From: Squalus acanthias
Taxonomy: Eukaryota
Direction of reading: 5' to 3'
Assembly: GCA_030390025.1 (NCBI GenBank)
Contig: CM059431.1
Coordinates: 96,040,001 to 96,104,000 of the forward strand
Length of the DNA: 64,000 nucleotides
The notes beneath the pieces are model-generated. The model made no database searches, was not told the DNA's origin, and was given only the letters and a program-made list of their open reading frames with translations. Below are positions 34,680 to 47,137 of this stretch, piece by piece. How positions within the stretch are numbered: the stretch's first letter is position 1; each line of letters opens with the position of its first letter. The position numbers and the translations under genes were made by a program.

Positions 34680-37410
34680 CATAAAACAGCTGCAAGGAAA
34701 CGGTCAAGACTTATCCTGCCACATATGGGCAATGGCAACATCCTGGCTGCCATGCTAAAGACTTGTGCTCCAGAACTAGCTGTGCCTCTGGCATCTACCT
34801 GACAACGTGGAAAATTGCCCAGGTTCTTGAACGTATTGTTGCCTCCCAAATCAGTGTCCATCTTTCCCAGAACTCCTTGTTCGAGTCCCTCCAATCAGGC
34901 TTCCGCCCCTGCCACAGTACTGAAACTGCTCTTACCAAGGTCACAAATGACATCCTAATTGACTGTGACATAGGTAATCAATCCCTTCTCATCCTTCTGG
35001 ACCCGTTTGCAGCCTTTGACACGGTTGACCACAAAATTCTGCTCCAACACCTCTCCACCGTCGTCCAGCTGGATGAGACTGCAGTCGCCTGGTTTAATTC
35101 CCATCTTTCCAGCCATAACCATAAAATCACCTGCAATGGCTTCTATTCCCGATCCCGCACCGTCACCTCTGGCGTCCCCCAAGGATCTTTCCTTGGCCCC
35201 CCATCCTATTTCTCATCTACACGTTGCCTCTAGGTGACATCATCCGGCAACACAACGCAAGTTTTCACATGTACGCTGATGATATCCAGCTCTACCACTC
35301 CTCCACCTCTCTCGAACCCTACACGGTCTCTATACTATCAGACTGCTTGTCCGACATCCAGCAGAAATTTCCTCCAATTAAATAAATATCAGGAACACCA
35401 AGACAATTGCCTTCGGTTCATGCCAGACTCAGTTCCCTTTCCACTGATTCAATCTCTCTCCTCGGTAACTGTCTAAGGCTGACCAAGTCTGTTCGCAACC
35501 TTGGTGTCATATTTGATCACAAATTGAACTTCCTGCCTCATATCCATTCTATCACTAAGACCGCACATTTCCACCTTTATATCGCCCGTCTCCGCCCTAA
35601 CTTCAACTTATCTGCTGCCAAAACCCTCATCCATGCCCATCACCTCTAGACTTGACTATTCCAACACACTTCTGGCCTGCCTCACTAATTCTACCCTCCA
35701 TAAAATTAAGGTCATCCAAAACTCTGCCACCCGTGTGCTAACACGCACCAAATCCCTCCATGGCCTTAACCCTCCTTATTTCTAATCTCCTCCAGCCCTA
35801 TAATCCCTCTAAACCTCTGCACTCTGTCTATTCTGGCCTTCTGAACATCCTCGATTTTAAATGTTCCACCATTGCTGGTCGTGCCTTCAGCTGCCTAGGT
35901 CCTAAGTTCTGGAATTCCCTTGCTAAATCTCTCCACTTCTCTTTCCTCCTTAAAACCTACCTCTTCGACCAAGCTTTGGGTCATCTGCCCTAACATCACC
36001 TCATATAGCTTGGTGACAAATTTTGGTTTTTTTTGATAACACTCCTGTGAAGCTCCTTGGGATGTCTTATTATGTTAAAGGCGCTATATAAATATAAGTT
36101 GTTGTTGTTGTATGTCCTGTCCACAAAAAAGCAGGACAAATGCAATCCAGCCAATTATCGCCATATCAGTCTACTCTCAATCATCAGCAAAGTGATCGAA
36201 GGTGTCGGCGACAGTGCTATCAAGCGGCACTTACTCAACAATAACCTACACACCGAAGCTCAGTTTGGGTTCCGCCAGGACCACTCGGCTCCAGACCTCA
36301 TTAAAATGTTGGCCCAAACATGGACAAAAGAGCTGAATTCCAGAGTCGAGGTGACAGTGGTTGCCCTTGACATCAAGGCAGCATTTGACCGAGTGTGGCA
36401 TCAAGGAGCCCAAGTAATATTGAAGTCAATGGGAATCAGGGGGAAAACTCCACACTGGCTGGAGTCAAAGCTAGCACAGAAAGATGGCTGTGGTTGTGGC
36501 CTAGTGTCCTAGGCCCAGCCATCTTCAGCTGCTTCATCAATGTCCTTCCCTCATAGGGTCAGACATGGGGATGTTCGCTGATGACTGCAGTGTTCAGTTC
36601 CATTCACAACTCCTCAATAATGAAGCAGTCTGTGTCCGCATGCAGCAACACCTGGACGACATTCAGACTTGGGCCGATAAGTGGCAAGTAACACTTGTGC
36701 CAGGCAATGACTATCTCCAACAAGAGAGTGTCTAACCACTGCCCCTTGACATTCAACGGCATTACCATCACCAAATCCCCCAACATCAACATCCCGGGGG
36801 GTCACCATTGATCAGAAACTTAACTGGACCAGCCACATAAATACTGTGGCTACAAGAGCAGGTCAGAGGCTTGGTATCCTGCGGCAACTGTCTCACCTTC
36901 TGACTCCCCAAAGCCTTTCCGCCATCTACAAGGCACAAGTCAGGAGTGTGATGGAATACTCTCCACTTGCCTGGATGAGAGTAGTTCCAACAACACAAGA
37001 AGCTCGACACCACTCAGGACAAAGAAGCCCGTTTGATTGGCACCGCATCCACCACCTTAAACATTCACTCCCTCCACTACCGGCACTGCAGCAACTTGCC
37101 AAGGCTTCTTTGACAGCACCTTCCAAACCCTCGACCTCTACCACCTAGAAGGACAAGGGCATCAGGCGCATGGGAACACCACCACCTGCAAGTTCTCTTC
37201 CACGTCACACACCATCCTGACTTGGAAATATATCGCCGTTCCTTCATCGTCGCTGGGTCAAAATCCTGGAACTCCATCCTTAACGGCACCATGGGAGTAT
37301 CTTCACCACACGGACTGCAGCTGTTCACCACCACCTTCTCAAGGGCAATTAGGTATGGGTAATAAATGCTGGACTTGCCAGCGACACCCACATCCCATGA
37401 ACAAATAAAA
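34680..37410 (+). mobile_element. Non-LTR retrotransposon of a different clade (CR1/L2 group, clade uncertain), split by an L2
   Basis: WKIAQV|CPVHKKQDK.NPANYR.ISLLS, QFGFR, ALDIKAAFDRVWH, FADD; 3' end GGCAATTAGG.ATGGG.AATAAATGC...AAATAAAAA. Confidence 0.8.
34824..36110 (+). mobile_element. L2-type LINE, 5'-truncated, with (GTT)n tail
   Basis: QSGFRP.HSTETAL.KV.ND, AAFDTVDH, GVPQGS.LGP, YADD; 3' AAAGGCGCTATATAAA...GTTGTTGTTG. Confidence 0.9.
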
Positions 37411-37635
37411 ATAAAGACAGCTTACATTCGGTTGGCCACTAAAGACCAGAATTCTTAAAAAGCCCTGGTCAAGCTGCCCCATACACTCCATGTTGAAGAG
37501 GACAGTATGGTGGCAAGATGGCTGTAATGAGTAAAGATAAAATTACAATAGCAGAACTTTATACAAAGAAAAAGATGCATCCTGATTTTATGACTTTTTT
37601 TTAATAGTTATGATGAGCAGCATAGTACGAAGGAA

Positions 37636-38080
37636 CAACAACTCGCATTTATATAGCGCAGTTGACATAGTAAAACATCCCAAGCTGCTTCACTTGAGCA
37701 TTATCAAACAAAATTTGACACCGTGCCAAATAAGGAGATATTCGGACAGGTTGGTTGAAGAGGTGGCTTTTAAGAGCATGTTATAAGGAGAGAGAGATAG
37801 AGCGGCAGAGAGGCGACGAGCATAGGGAGAGTATTCCAGACCTTAGGGTAGGCAGCTGAAGGCATGGCCGCCAATGGCGGAGCGATAAAAATCAAGGATG
37901 CACAAGAGGCCAGAATTGGAGGTGTGCGCAGATCTCGGGGGGTTGTAGGGCTGAGCTGGAGGAGGTTACAATGATAGGGAGGGGCAACACCAAGGAGGGA
38001 TTTGAAAACAAAGATGAAGATTTTAAAATCGAGGTGTTGCCAGACCAAGAGCCAATGTAGGTCAGTGAGCACTGGGAGTG
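37636..38080 (-). mobile_element. L2 3' fragment
   Basis: LTDLHWL.V...DFKI; reverse of the GCGCTATATAAATGC.AGTTGTTG 3' end. Confidence 0.8.
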
Positions 38081-38824
38081 AAGCTTTAGCAATTTATCAA
38101 ATGATCTGAATTGAGCGATTCTAGTTTTGAAATCAATCCATAACTTTTCCATCTATATAAACAATAATTGGCATTATTGGCCCGGATTTTGCCTTACGAA
38201 TAACAATGAGGCTAACCGCACTTACCGTTATTATGGAGTTAATCAGACAGGAACTTCCGGAGTACACACATGCGCAGTTAAATGCAGAAATCCGGAAGTT
38301 GCGGTCTGAGTTACCCTGCTCCTCCACAGGCTGCACTATAACAGTACCTCACCGATAGACTCGGCATTGAAATTAATGCCAGGGTGTGAAGTTGCGGTAC
38401 TTACCCACTAAAGATGGCATAAAAAGTTTGGGCTGGTACATTCCGGTGTGAGTGAATTTGTATCAGCGTGATGTCATAATTACTGCCAAACAACCTCGGG
38501 CCCTGAAAAAATTAATTTTATAATTGTGGAGTATCATTCCTTCAGAATCTAATTAGTGTTAGAGATTTTTAAAAACATTTATTACTTTTCCTGTCTGTCT
38601 CTTATATGTCCCTCTCTTAATCCCATCCTTCTTTCCCAATCTTTATTTCGCTTTCTGTACATGATTTGAATTTAATTTATACTTCCTAATTTAGACTGTG
38701 CGTGGCTCAGGTGAGGATTCTGCCATCTGATTGGATGTAGAGCCACCCTGTTGCTTGTCCCGCACACTTGCCACAGATCCCCTGTAGAGGGCGCCATGCA
38801 GGATCAGACACTCAATGACAGCAA

Positions 38825-39375
38825 GGGGGAAATATTCAGTATCGCCCCATTTGAGGCGCAATTATCGGCCGGGCGCAAAGATTAGCGCCTGGCGCTAATT
38901 ATCGCATCCGACTGCAAACTTGGCTTTTATCGCCCCTGGAGGTGATTGGAGAGCTAAATCAGGCGCTACACACCTGTCTTAAGGCGCAAAAGCCGAGGAG
39001 CGTGGCGCTACCTCAGAGCGCTGGCGAAGCTCATGTGATGTCAGTCAGCAATGGAACACAGACAAAATGGCGCCGGCCAGTTCTTAAAGAGGAGGGTTGA
39101 TCTTGCTCTCCATCCACATCCTGCTCATTGCAGCCTTGAATCTCCGCCTGGAGAGACCTGTACATCAAATCTGCTGGAAAGAACAATGGAGAGGCCACAG
39201 GAAAGAGCTCAGAGTACAGCCCCCACAGTCTCTTCTAAATCGATACAAGGAAGGGCAAATCAAAATGAATCTGCAAAGTGCTGCTCAGTACCCAAAACTC
39301 CTTCACACACTGTTGAATCTCTCCAGAAGTCTCTCTCTCTCTCTCAGAATGCGTGGTGCAAAAATGTCACCAACA
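38825..39375 (+). mobile_element. Internally deleted derivative of the 1364-5471 Harbinger family
   Basis: 38825-39210 aligns to 1364-1735 and 39211-39375 aligns to about 4943-5130; the right end is replaced by the CR1 at 39383. Confidence 0.85.
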
Positions 39376-39931
39376 AAAAAAGGCAGGAAGCGGTCACCTC
39401 GGGAGCGACGAGACCGGAGGTGCTGTGAGTATTTGAACTCACTTTCGCGGGCTTTTCTTCACAGGCTGTTGTCGGGAGCGACGAGACCGGAAGCGGACCA
39501 GGTGGGAAGCACCCAGGTGAACGGCATTTAAGGAGGGTGGTGGCTTAAACCCGAGTTCCTACAGAGTAGGAACCCCCACCCGCCCTCCTCCTCTAACCGA
39601 CTAGTCTTATAGCAGTCTAAAAACAGAGGTCACAATTTTTTTGGTCTCAGTTTCTTTTCAGCAGGGCAGGAACCGGGAGGAGCGGGAAGTCGGCATAGGA
39701 CCAAGGGGACACAAGACCGGGAAGTCAGCAAAAGACCAGGGAGGTAAGACTAACTGGTAAGTACTTTCCTCAAACCTTCCTAGAAAGTAAAACTAAAACT
39801 AGTGGGATTTGGTTAGTTTAAAAAGGAATAAGAGGAGTACAGTATACATTGGTCTAAGTAAGCTTCGGGAAAACAAAAGTCAATAAATAAACTAAAACTA
39901 GAAAATTAAAAAGGAATATAAGGGTTAAGTC

Positions 39932-40879
39932 ATGGCAGTAGAGCTCGGACCTGTGTCATGCTCCTCCTGTAACATGTGGGAAATCAGGGACGCTTCCTGT
40001 GTCCCTGACAACCATGTGTGCGGGAAGTGTGTCCAGCTGCAGCTCATGTGGGACCGCATGACGGCCCTTGAGCTGCGGATGGACTCACTTTGGAGCATCC
40101 ACGATTCTGAGAGGGTTGTGGATAGCACATTTAGTGAGTTGGTCACACCGCAGGTTAAGGCCAGCGTAGATAGTACATGGGTGACCAAAAGGCAGAGCAA
40201 GGGCAGGAAGGTAGTGCAGAAATCCCCTGGGGTTGTCTCCCTTAGCAACAGGTTCACCGCTTAGGTGCTGTTGTCGGGGGGGATGACTCATCGGGGGAAG
40301 GCACCAGCAGCCAGGCTCATGGCACAATGACTGGCTCTGTTGCAAAGAAGGGAGGGAAAAAGAGTGGCAGGGCTATAGTAATAGGGGATTCGATTGTAAG
40401 GGGAATAGATAGGGGTTTCTGTGGTCGCGACCGAGACTCCAGGATGGTATGTTGCCTCCCTGGTGCAAGGGTCAAGGATGTCTCGGCGCGGGTGCAGAAC
40501 ATTCTGGAAGGGGAGGGGGAACAGCCAGTTGTCGTGATACATGTTGGTACCAACGACGTAGCTAAAAAAAAGGGAAGAGGTCCTACAAGTAGAATTTAGG
40601 GAGTTAGGAGCCAAGCTAAAAAGTAGGACCTCGAAGGTAGTAATCTCTGGATTACTACCAGTGCCACGTGCTAGTAAGAGTACAGAGAACAGGATAGTTA
40701 GGCTAAATACGTGGCTTGAGCAGTGGTGTAAGAGGGAGGGTTTTAAATTTTTGAGGCATTGGAACCAGTTTTGTGGTAGGTGTGACCTATACAAAAGGGA
40801 CGGTCTACACCTGTGCAAAGATGGAACTGATGTTCTCGGGGTAATTTTTGATAAAGCAGTTCGGGAGCATTTAAACTAG
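39932..40879 (+). pseudogene. CR1 ORF1 (zinc finger + SGNH esterase) with two frameshifts
   Basis: CSSCNMWE...CGKC, GDSIVRG, HVGTND, DGLHL; breaks near 40260 and in the A-run near 40565. Confidence 0.9.
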
Positions 40880-43747
40880 TATGGCAGGGGGCTAGAAACC
40901 TATGTAGTGAAATAGAGGAAAGTGAAAGGCAGACAGAAATAAATGGTAAAAGGGTAAGGAACAAAAAACAAAGGGCCAAACTAATTCATAAAAAATGTGA
41001 GCATAAAAAAAGCCTGAGGGTTTTATACCTTAATGCGAGAAGCATCAGGAACAAGGTAGATGAATTAGCTGTGGAAATAGAGGTTAATAATTATGATCTA
41101 ATTGGGATTACGGAAACATGGTTGCAGGGTGAGCAGGGCTGGAAGCTTAACATACAGGGGTATTCAGTATTTAGGAAGGATCGACAAAAAAGAAAGGGAG
41201 GAGGGGTAGCATTGCTGGTAAAAGAGGGGATAAATGCAATTGAAAGGAAGGATATTAACTCAGTTAATACAGAATCTATATGGGTGGAGCTAAGAAATAG
41301 CGAGGGGCGAAAAACATTAATAGGAGTGGTATATAGGCCTCCAAATAGTAAAATAGAGGTTGGGGAGGGCATCACGAGGGAAATTAGAGAAGCGTGCAAT
41401 AAGAGCACAGCTGTCATCATAGGTGACTTTAACTTACATATAGATTGGACTAGCCTAATCAGTAAAAATAATGAGGAGGAGGAATTCCTTGAGTGTTTAA
41501 GGGATGGTTATCTGGATCAATATGTCGAGGAACCAACTCGGGAACAGGCTATATTGGACTGGGTACTGTGCAATGAGAAGGGACTAATTAGTAATCTTGT
41601 TGTACGGGGACCCTTGGGTCAGAGCGATCATAACATGATCGATTTCTCACTCGAAACGGAGAGCGAAGAAATTGACTCAGAGACTAAGGTCCTGAATTTA
41701 AACAAGGGGAATTATGATGCCATTAGACGGGAACTGAGTAGGTGTGATTGGACAATGTTCCTGGGAGGACTGGAGGTAGATAAACAATGGCAAGCATTTA
41801 AAGATAGAATGACAAAATTGCAAAAATTGTTTATACCAATCTGGCATAAAAGGAAATCTAAAAAGGTGACTCAACCGTGGATAACAGGGGAAATTAGAGA
41901 CAGCATAACATCCAAAGATAGGGCATATAAAATAGCCAAAAAAAGCGCCAGAGCGGAAGATTGGGAACAGTTTAAGATAGAGCAAAGGAGGACAAAGGGC
42001 TTAATCAAGAGGGGCAAAATAGCTTACGAAAGCAAGCTGGCGGAAAATATAAAAACTAACTCCAAAAGCTTTTATAAGTATATCAAGAGGAAAAGACTGG
42101 TGAAAACCAAAGTTGGTCCATTGCAGTCAGATACGGGGGAATATATAACGGGAAATAAGGAAATGGCAGACCAACTAAATGCATACTTTGGGTCAGTCTT
42201 TACGAAGGAAGACACAAAAAACCTCCCTGGGATATCGGGAAAAATAGGGACATTGGCAAAGGAGGAACTGACGCAAATCAATATCTCTAAGGATATGGTG
42301 TTAAGGAAGCTAAAGGGATTGAAGGCGGACAAATCACCAGGGCCTGATAACATGCATCCTAGGGTACTGAAGGAGGTGGCCCTAGAGATAGCGGATGCAC
42401 TAAGTATGATTTTTCAGAATTCATTAGACTCGGGAACAGTGCCCATGGATTGGAGGGTAGCTAACGTTACCCCACTATTCAAAAAGGGGGGTAGGGAAAA
42501 AGCAGGTAATTACAGACCTGTAAGCCTTACATCAGTTGTGGGCAAAATGCTGGAGTCCATCATTAAGGATGAAATAGCGGAGCACTTAGCAAATGGGGAC
42601 AGGATAGGACAGAGTCAACATGGATTTACAAAGGGTAAATCGTGCTTGACTAATCTATTGGAATTTTTTGAGGGAGTAACTGGTAAAATAGATGGGGGAG
42701 AGCCAGTAGATGTGGTGTACCTGGACTTCCAAAAGGCCTTCGACAAGGTCCCACATAAAAGATTAGCATGGAAAATTGAAGCTCATGGGATAAAGGGGAA
42801 AGTATTGACGTGGATAGAGAACTGGCTGTCAGATAGAAAACAGAGAGTTGGAATAAACGGCTCATTTTCTGAATGGCAGGCAGTAACAAGTGGGGTACCA
42901 CAGGGATCTGTCCTGGGTCCCCAGCTGTTCACAATTTACATTAATGACCTGGATCAGGGAGTCGGATGCAGCATTTCCAAATTTGCAGACGACACTAAAC
43001 TAGGAGGGGGGGGGTGGGCTCAGAGAAGGAGACCAGGAAGCTCCAGAGCGATTTGGACAGACTGGGTGATTGGGCGGATAAATGGCAGATGCACTATAAT
43101 GTGGACAAGTGCGAAGTTATCCACCTTGGGTGCAGGAACGGGAGGGCAAATTATTATTTAAATGGCAATAAATTGGGAGAGGGGGAAGTACAGAGAGACC
43201 TGGGTGTTCTTGTACACCAGTCACTGAAGGCGAGCATGCAGGTGCAACAGGCGGTCAAGAAGGCAAACGGTATGCTGGCCTTCATAGCAAAAGGGTTGGA
43301 ATACAGGAACAGGGATACCTTGCTGCAGCTGTACAGGGCACTGGTGAGACCACACCTCGAGTACTGTGTACAGTTTTGGTCGCCTCATCTGAGGAAAGAT
43401 GTTCTTGCCATGGAGGGGGTGCAGCGGCGATTCACCAGGCTGATACCAGGAATGGCGGGATTGACCTATGAGGAGAGACTATGTAGTTTAGGGATGTACA
43501 CACTGGAGTTTAGAAGATTGAGAGGGGACCTCATAGAAGTGTATAAAATTCTGACAGGTCTAGACAGATTAGATGCAGAAGGAATGTTTCCCTTGGCGGG
43601 TGAGAACAGAACTAGAGGACATAATTTAAGGATAAGGGCTAAACCATTTAGGACAGAAATGAGGGGGAATTTCTTCACTCAGAGGGTGGTGAACCTGTGG
43701 AACTCATTGCCACAGAGGGCAGTGTACGCCAGCTCAATAAATATATT
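40870..43747 (+). pseudogene. CR1 ORF2 (APE + RT), one frameshift in the G-run near 43007-43014
   Basis: Frame open from 40831 through [21 protein letters not shown] and FADD; C-terminus continues in ORF 43014-43796. Confidence 0.93.
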
Positions 43748-43999
43748 CCCCCCCCCCCCCCCCCCCCCCCCCCAAGTCTCTACAGAAAACCCGTGAAAAC
43801 TCTCTGGCAGCAATCAGCGTAGGGAATGGCGAGTGCCATTCCTTCGCCGCTGACCACAAAATCCGAGTCCTTGTCCTTGAAATTCGTTAGGTCCCCACTG
43901 TTTTTGAAAGATTTTGGCAGTCTGCCACTGCAGTTCTGATGGGAGAACGGCAGTCAATCATTTTTAATTATAAATAAATCTGACATTAGTTTAGCCTGT

Positions 44000-44760
44000 A
44001 AACAACAACAACTATTTATATAGTGCCTTTAACGAAGTAAAACGTCGTTAGGAGCTTCATAGGAGCCTTATCAAACAAAATTTGACACCGAGCCACATAA
44101 GGAGATATATGGGCAGATGACCATAAGCTTGGTCAAGGAGGTAGGTTTTAAGAGCATCTTAAAAGGAGAAAAGAGGTAGAGGTGGCAAGGTTTAAGGAGG
44201 GATTTCCAGAGATTAGGGCCTTGGCAGCTGAAGGCATGGCAACCAATGGTGGAGCGATTAAAATCAGGGATGCTCATGAGGGCAGAATTAGGGAAGTGCA
44301 GGTCTCGAGGAGTTGTGGGGCTGGAGGGGATTACAGAGATAGGGAGGGGCAAGGCCATGGAGGGATTTGAAAATAAGGATGAGAATTTTAAAATCGACGC
44401 ATTGCTTAACCGGGAGCCAATGTAGGTTAGCGAGTACAGGGGTAATGGGTGAACGGGACTTAGTGCGACTTAGGAGACGGGCAGCAGAGTTTAGGATGAC
44501 CCCAAGTTTACGGAGGGGAGTACGTGGGAGGCCGTCCAGGAGTGCACTGGAATAGATAATAGTTGGAGAGGCTAGGGAACAGAGTTTGTGGCGGGGACCA
44601 AAGACAATGACTTCGGTCTTCCCAATATTTAGTTGGGAGGAAATTTCTGCTAATCCAGTACTGGATGTCGGACAAGCAGACTGACAATTTAAGAGACAGT
44701 GGAGGGGTAGAGAGATGTGGTGGTGAGCTGGAGTTGGGTGTCATCAACGTACATGCGCAA
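44000..44760 (-). mobile_element. L2 3' fragment
   Basis: Reverse strand YVDDTQL, CLSDIQYW.SRNFL and (GTT)n-like tail near 44000. Confidence 0.8.
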
Positions 44761-45179
44761 ACTGACGCTGCAAAAAGTGGTCTAGCACTTAATATTTTGA
44801 ACGCTCGTAGTGGGCATCCTTTTTGCTCTTCAGTAAGCAATTTACCTGGGCTACGCTAAATGGAGTGTGGCAGAGAGTGAGATATGGGCCTCGATTTTAA
44901 CTCACTCACCCTCGATGGGCGGGCAAGTGTCGGGTCAGTGATTAAAATTTTAAAACTCCAGATCCCACCTACAATCCTACAAATTCAGGCCCTGGACGAG
45001 GTGCCCGCTAAAAGCGGGCGGGAGCCTATGTATGATTCAAAAGTCGTACCCTGATGATATCGTCACATTTACAGAATTTTACGGTCCACGCAGGGGGAGT
45101 CCTGTGCTGTCTGACACTGGGCAGCAATCAGAAGGAGGGATAAGACGAATGGCCACATTTTAATCGAACAATGGGCTGC

Positions 45180-46740
45180 CTTTCTCGATCAGTATGTTTC
45201 CGCCCAATGAGGGAGGAGGCATTGCTGGATCTGGTTCTGGGGAATAAGGTGGGTCAAGTGGAGCAAGTGTCAGTAGGTGAACATTTAGGGAACAGTGAGC
45301 ATAGTATCATAAGGTTTTGATTAGCTTTGGAAAAGCACAGGGAGCAATCTAGAGTAAAAAATACTTAATTGGAGGAAGGCTAATTTCAGTGGGTTGAGAA
45401 TGGATCTGGCCCAGGTAAATTGGAATCAAAGATTGGCAGGCAAAATTGTAGTGGTACAATAGGCTGCCTTTAAAGAGGTGATGGTTCAGGTACAGTCGAG
45501 GTACATTCCCACAAGGGGGAGAGGTAGGGTAACCAAAGTCAGAGCTCCCTGGATGACGAAAGAGATAGAGAGTAAGATGAAGCAGAAAAAGGGGGTGTAT
45601 AACAGATGTCAGGTTGAGAATATAATTAAGAACCAGGCTGAATATAGAAGGTTCAGAGGGAAAGTGAAAAAGGAAGTAAGAGGGGCAAAGAGAGAGATTG
45701 GCAGCTAATATAAGAGGGAATCCAAAAGTCTTCTATTGGGATATAAATAGTAAACGGGTAATAGGCATATAAATAGTAAACGGGTAGTAAGAGGAGGGGT
45801 GGGGCCGATTAGTGACCAAAATGGAGACCTACGCATGAAGGCAGAGGGCATGGCTGAGGTACTAAATGAATACTTTGCATCTGTCTTTACCAAGGAAGAA
45901 GATGCTGCCAAAGTCATAGTGAAAGAGGAGGTAGTTGAGATACTGGATGGGATAAAAATTGATAAAGAGGAGGTACTAGAAAGGCTGGCTGTACTTAAAG
46001 TAGATAAGTCACCAGGACCGGATGGGATGCATCCTAGGATGCGGAGGGAAGTAAAGGTAGAAACTGCGGAGGTACTGGCCATAATCTTGCAATCCTCCTT
46101 AGATATGGGGGTGGTGCCAGAGGACTGGAAAATTGCAAATGTTACACCCTTGTTCAGGCCAGTCAGTTTAGCCTCGGTAGTGGGGAAGCTTTTAGAAATG
46201 ATAATCCGGGACAAAATTAAAAGTCACTTGGACAAGTGTGGATTAATTAAGGAAAGCCACCATGGATTTGTTAAAGGCAAATCATGTTTAAATAACTTGA
46301 TTTGAGTTTTTTGAAGAGATAACAGAGAGGGTTGATGAACACAATGTGGTTGATGTGCTGTACATGGACTTCCAAAAAGTGTTTGATAAAGTGCCACATA
46401 ATAGGCTTGCCATGCTTCCACTGTCGTATTTATTCCCCATGGATAACCAGAGGGCACAGATTTAAGGTAATTGGCAAAAGAACCAGACACGAGACGAGGA
46501 AAAACAAATTATGCAATGAGTGGTTAGGATTTGGAATGCACTGCCTGATAGGGTAGTGGATACAGATTTAATAGTAGCCTTCAAAAGGGAATTGGATAGA
46601 TTCTTGAAGGTGAAAAGATTGCAGGGATATAGGGAAAGAGCAGGGGATGGGCCGAACTGGATTGCTCTTCGAAAGAGCCGGCGCAGACTCAATGGGCCGA
46701 ATGGGCCTCCTTCTGTGCTGTACTATTCTATGACTCTTTG
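45180..46740 (+). mobile_element. Degraded CR1 ORF2 pieces with 3' end
   Basis: LNEYFASVFTKE, KSPGPDGMHPR, HGFVKGKSCL, TRGHRFK, (TATGACTC) tail. Confidence 0.85.
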
Positions 46741-46906
46741 ATTCGTGTAATGATACAAATTATGAAAAATGCCACACTTCCCTACATCAGTGGGTTATCT
46801 TACAAAATAACTTATAATTCTCATGCATTCTAACCTACTCCAAGGAGTGAGCTTAAAGCTTAGTGGGTTTGAACCCCACTCCAGACAGTGGATACCGAGA
46901 TTTCAC

Positions 46907-46949
46907 CTTGGTTCTTTTGTTTCTAATCTTGCATGAATATACTTTGTTT
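46907..46949 (-). CDS. Candidate 43-nt internal exon, phase-compatible with the exon at 33348
   Basis: TTTTTTTAG| AAACAAAG...AACCAAG |GTGAAA; reads (x)TKYIHARLETKEP and ends in AG, which with the C at 33348 makes a Ser codon. Confidence 0.3.
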
Positions 46950-47137
46950 CTAAAAAAATTGAAAAACAACACTTTTTCCAAATCCTTCCCGTGAAGAAAT
47001 GTTAAACAAAATCACAATATGTGGCAGGAAGCATGGGTGTGCAAACTGCTGAATCCAAATTATGGGGAATATCTTGACTGATTAGCCTCCTTGGTTTTTG
47101 AGGAAAAATGTAGGCACCATCTAAGGAAAAGCATATA

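Larger units (their letters stand above)
39383..43747 (+). mobile_element. Near-full-length CR1 LINE lacking its extreme 3' end
   Basis: 5' UTR, ORF1 39932-40879, ORF2 40870-43747; terminates at a C26 run. Confidence 0.95.
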
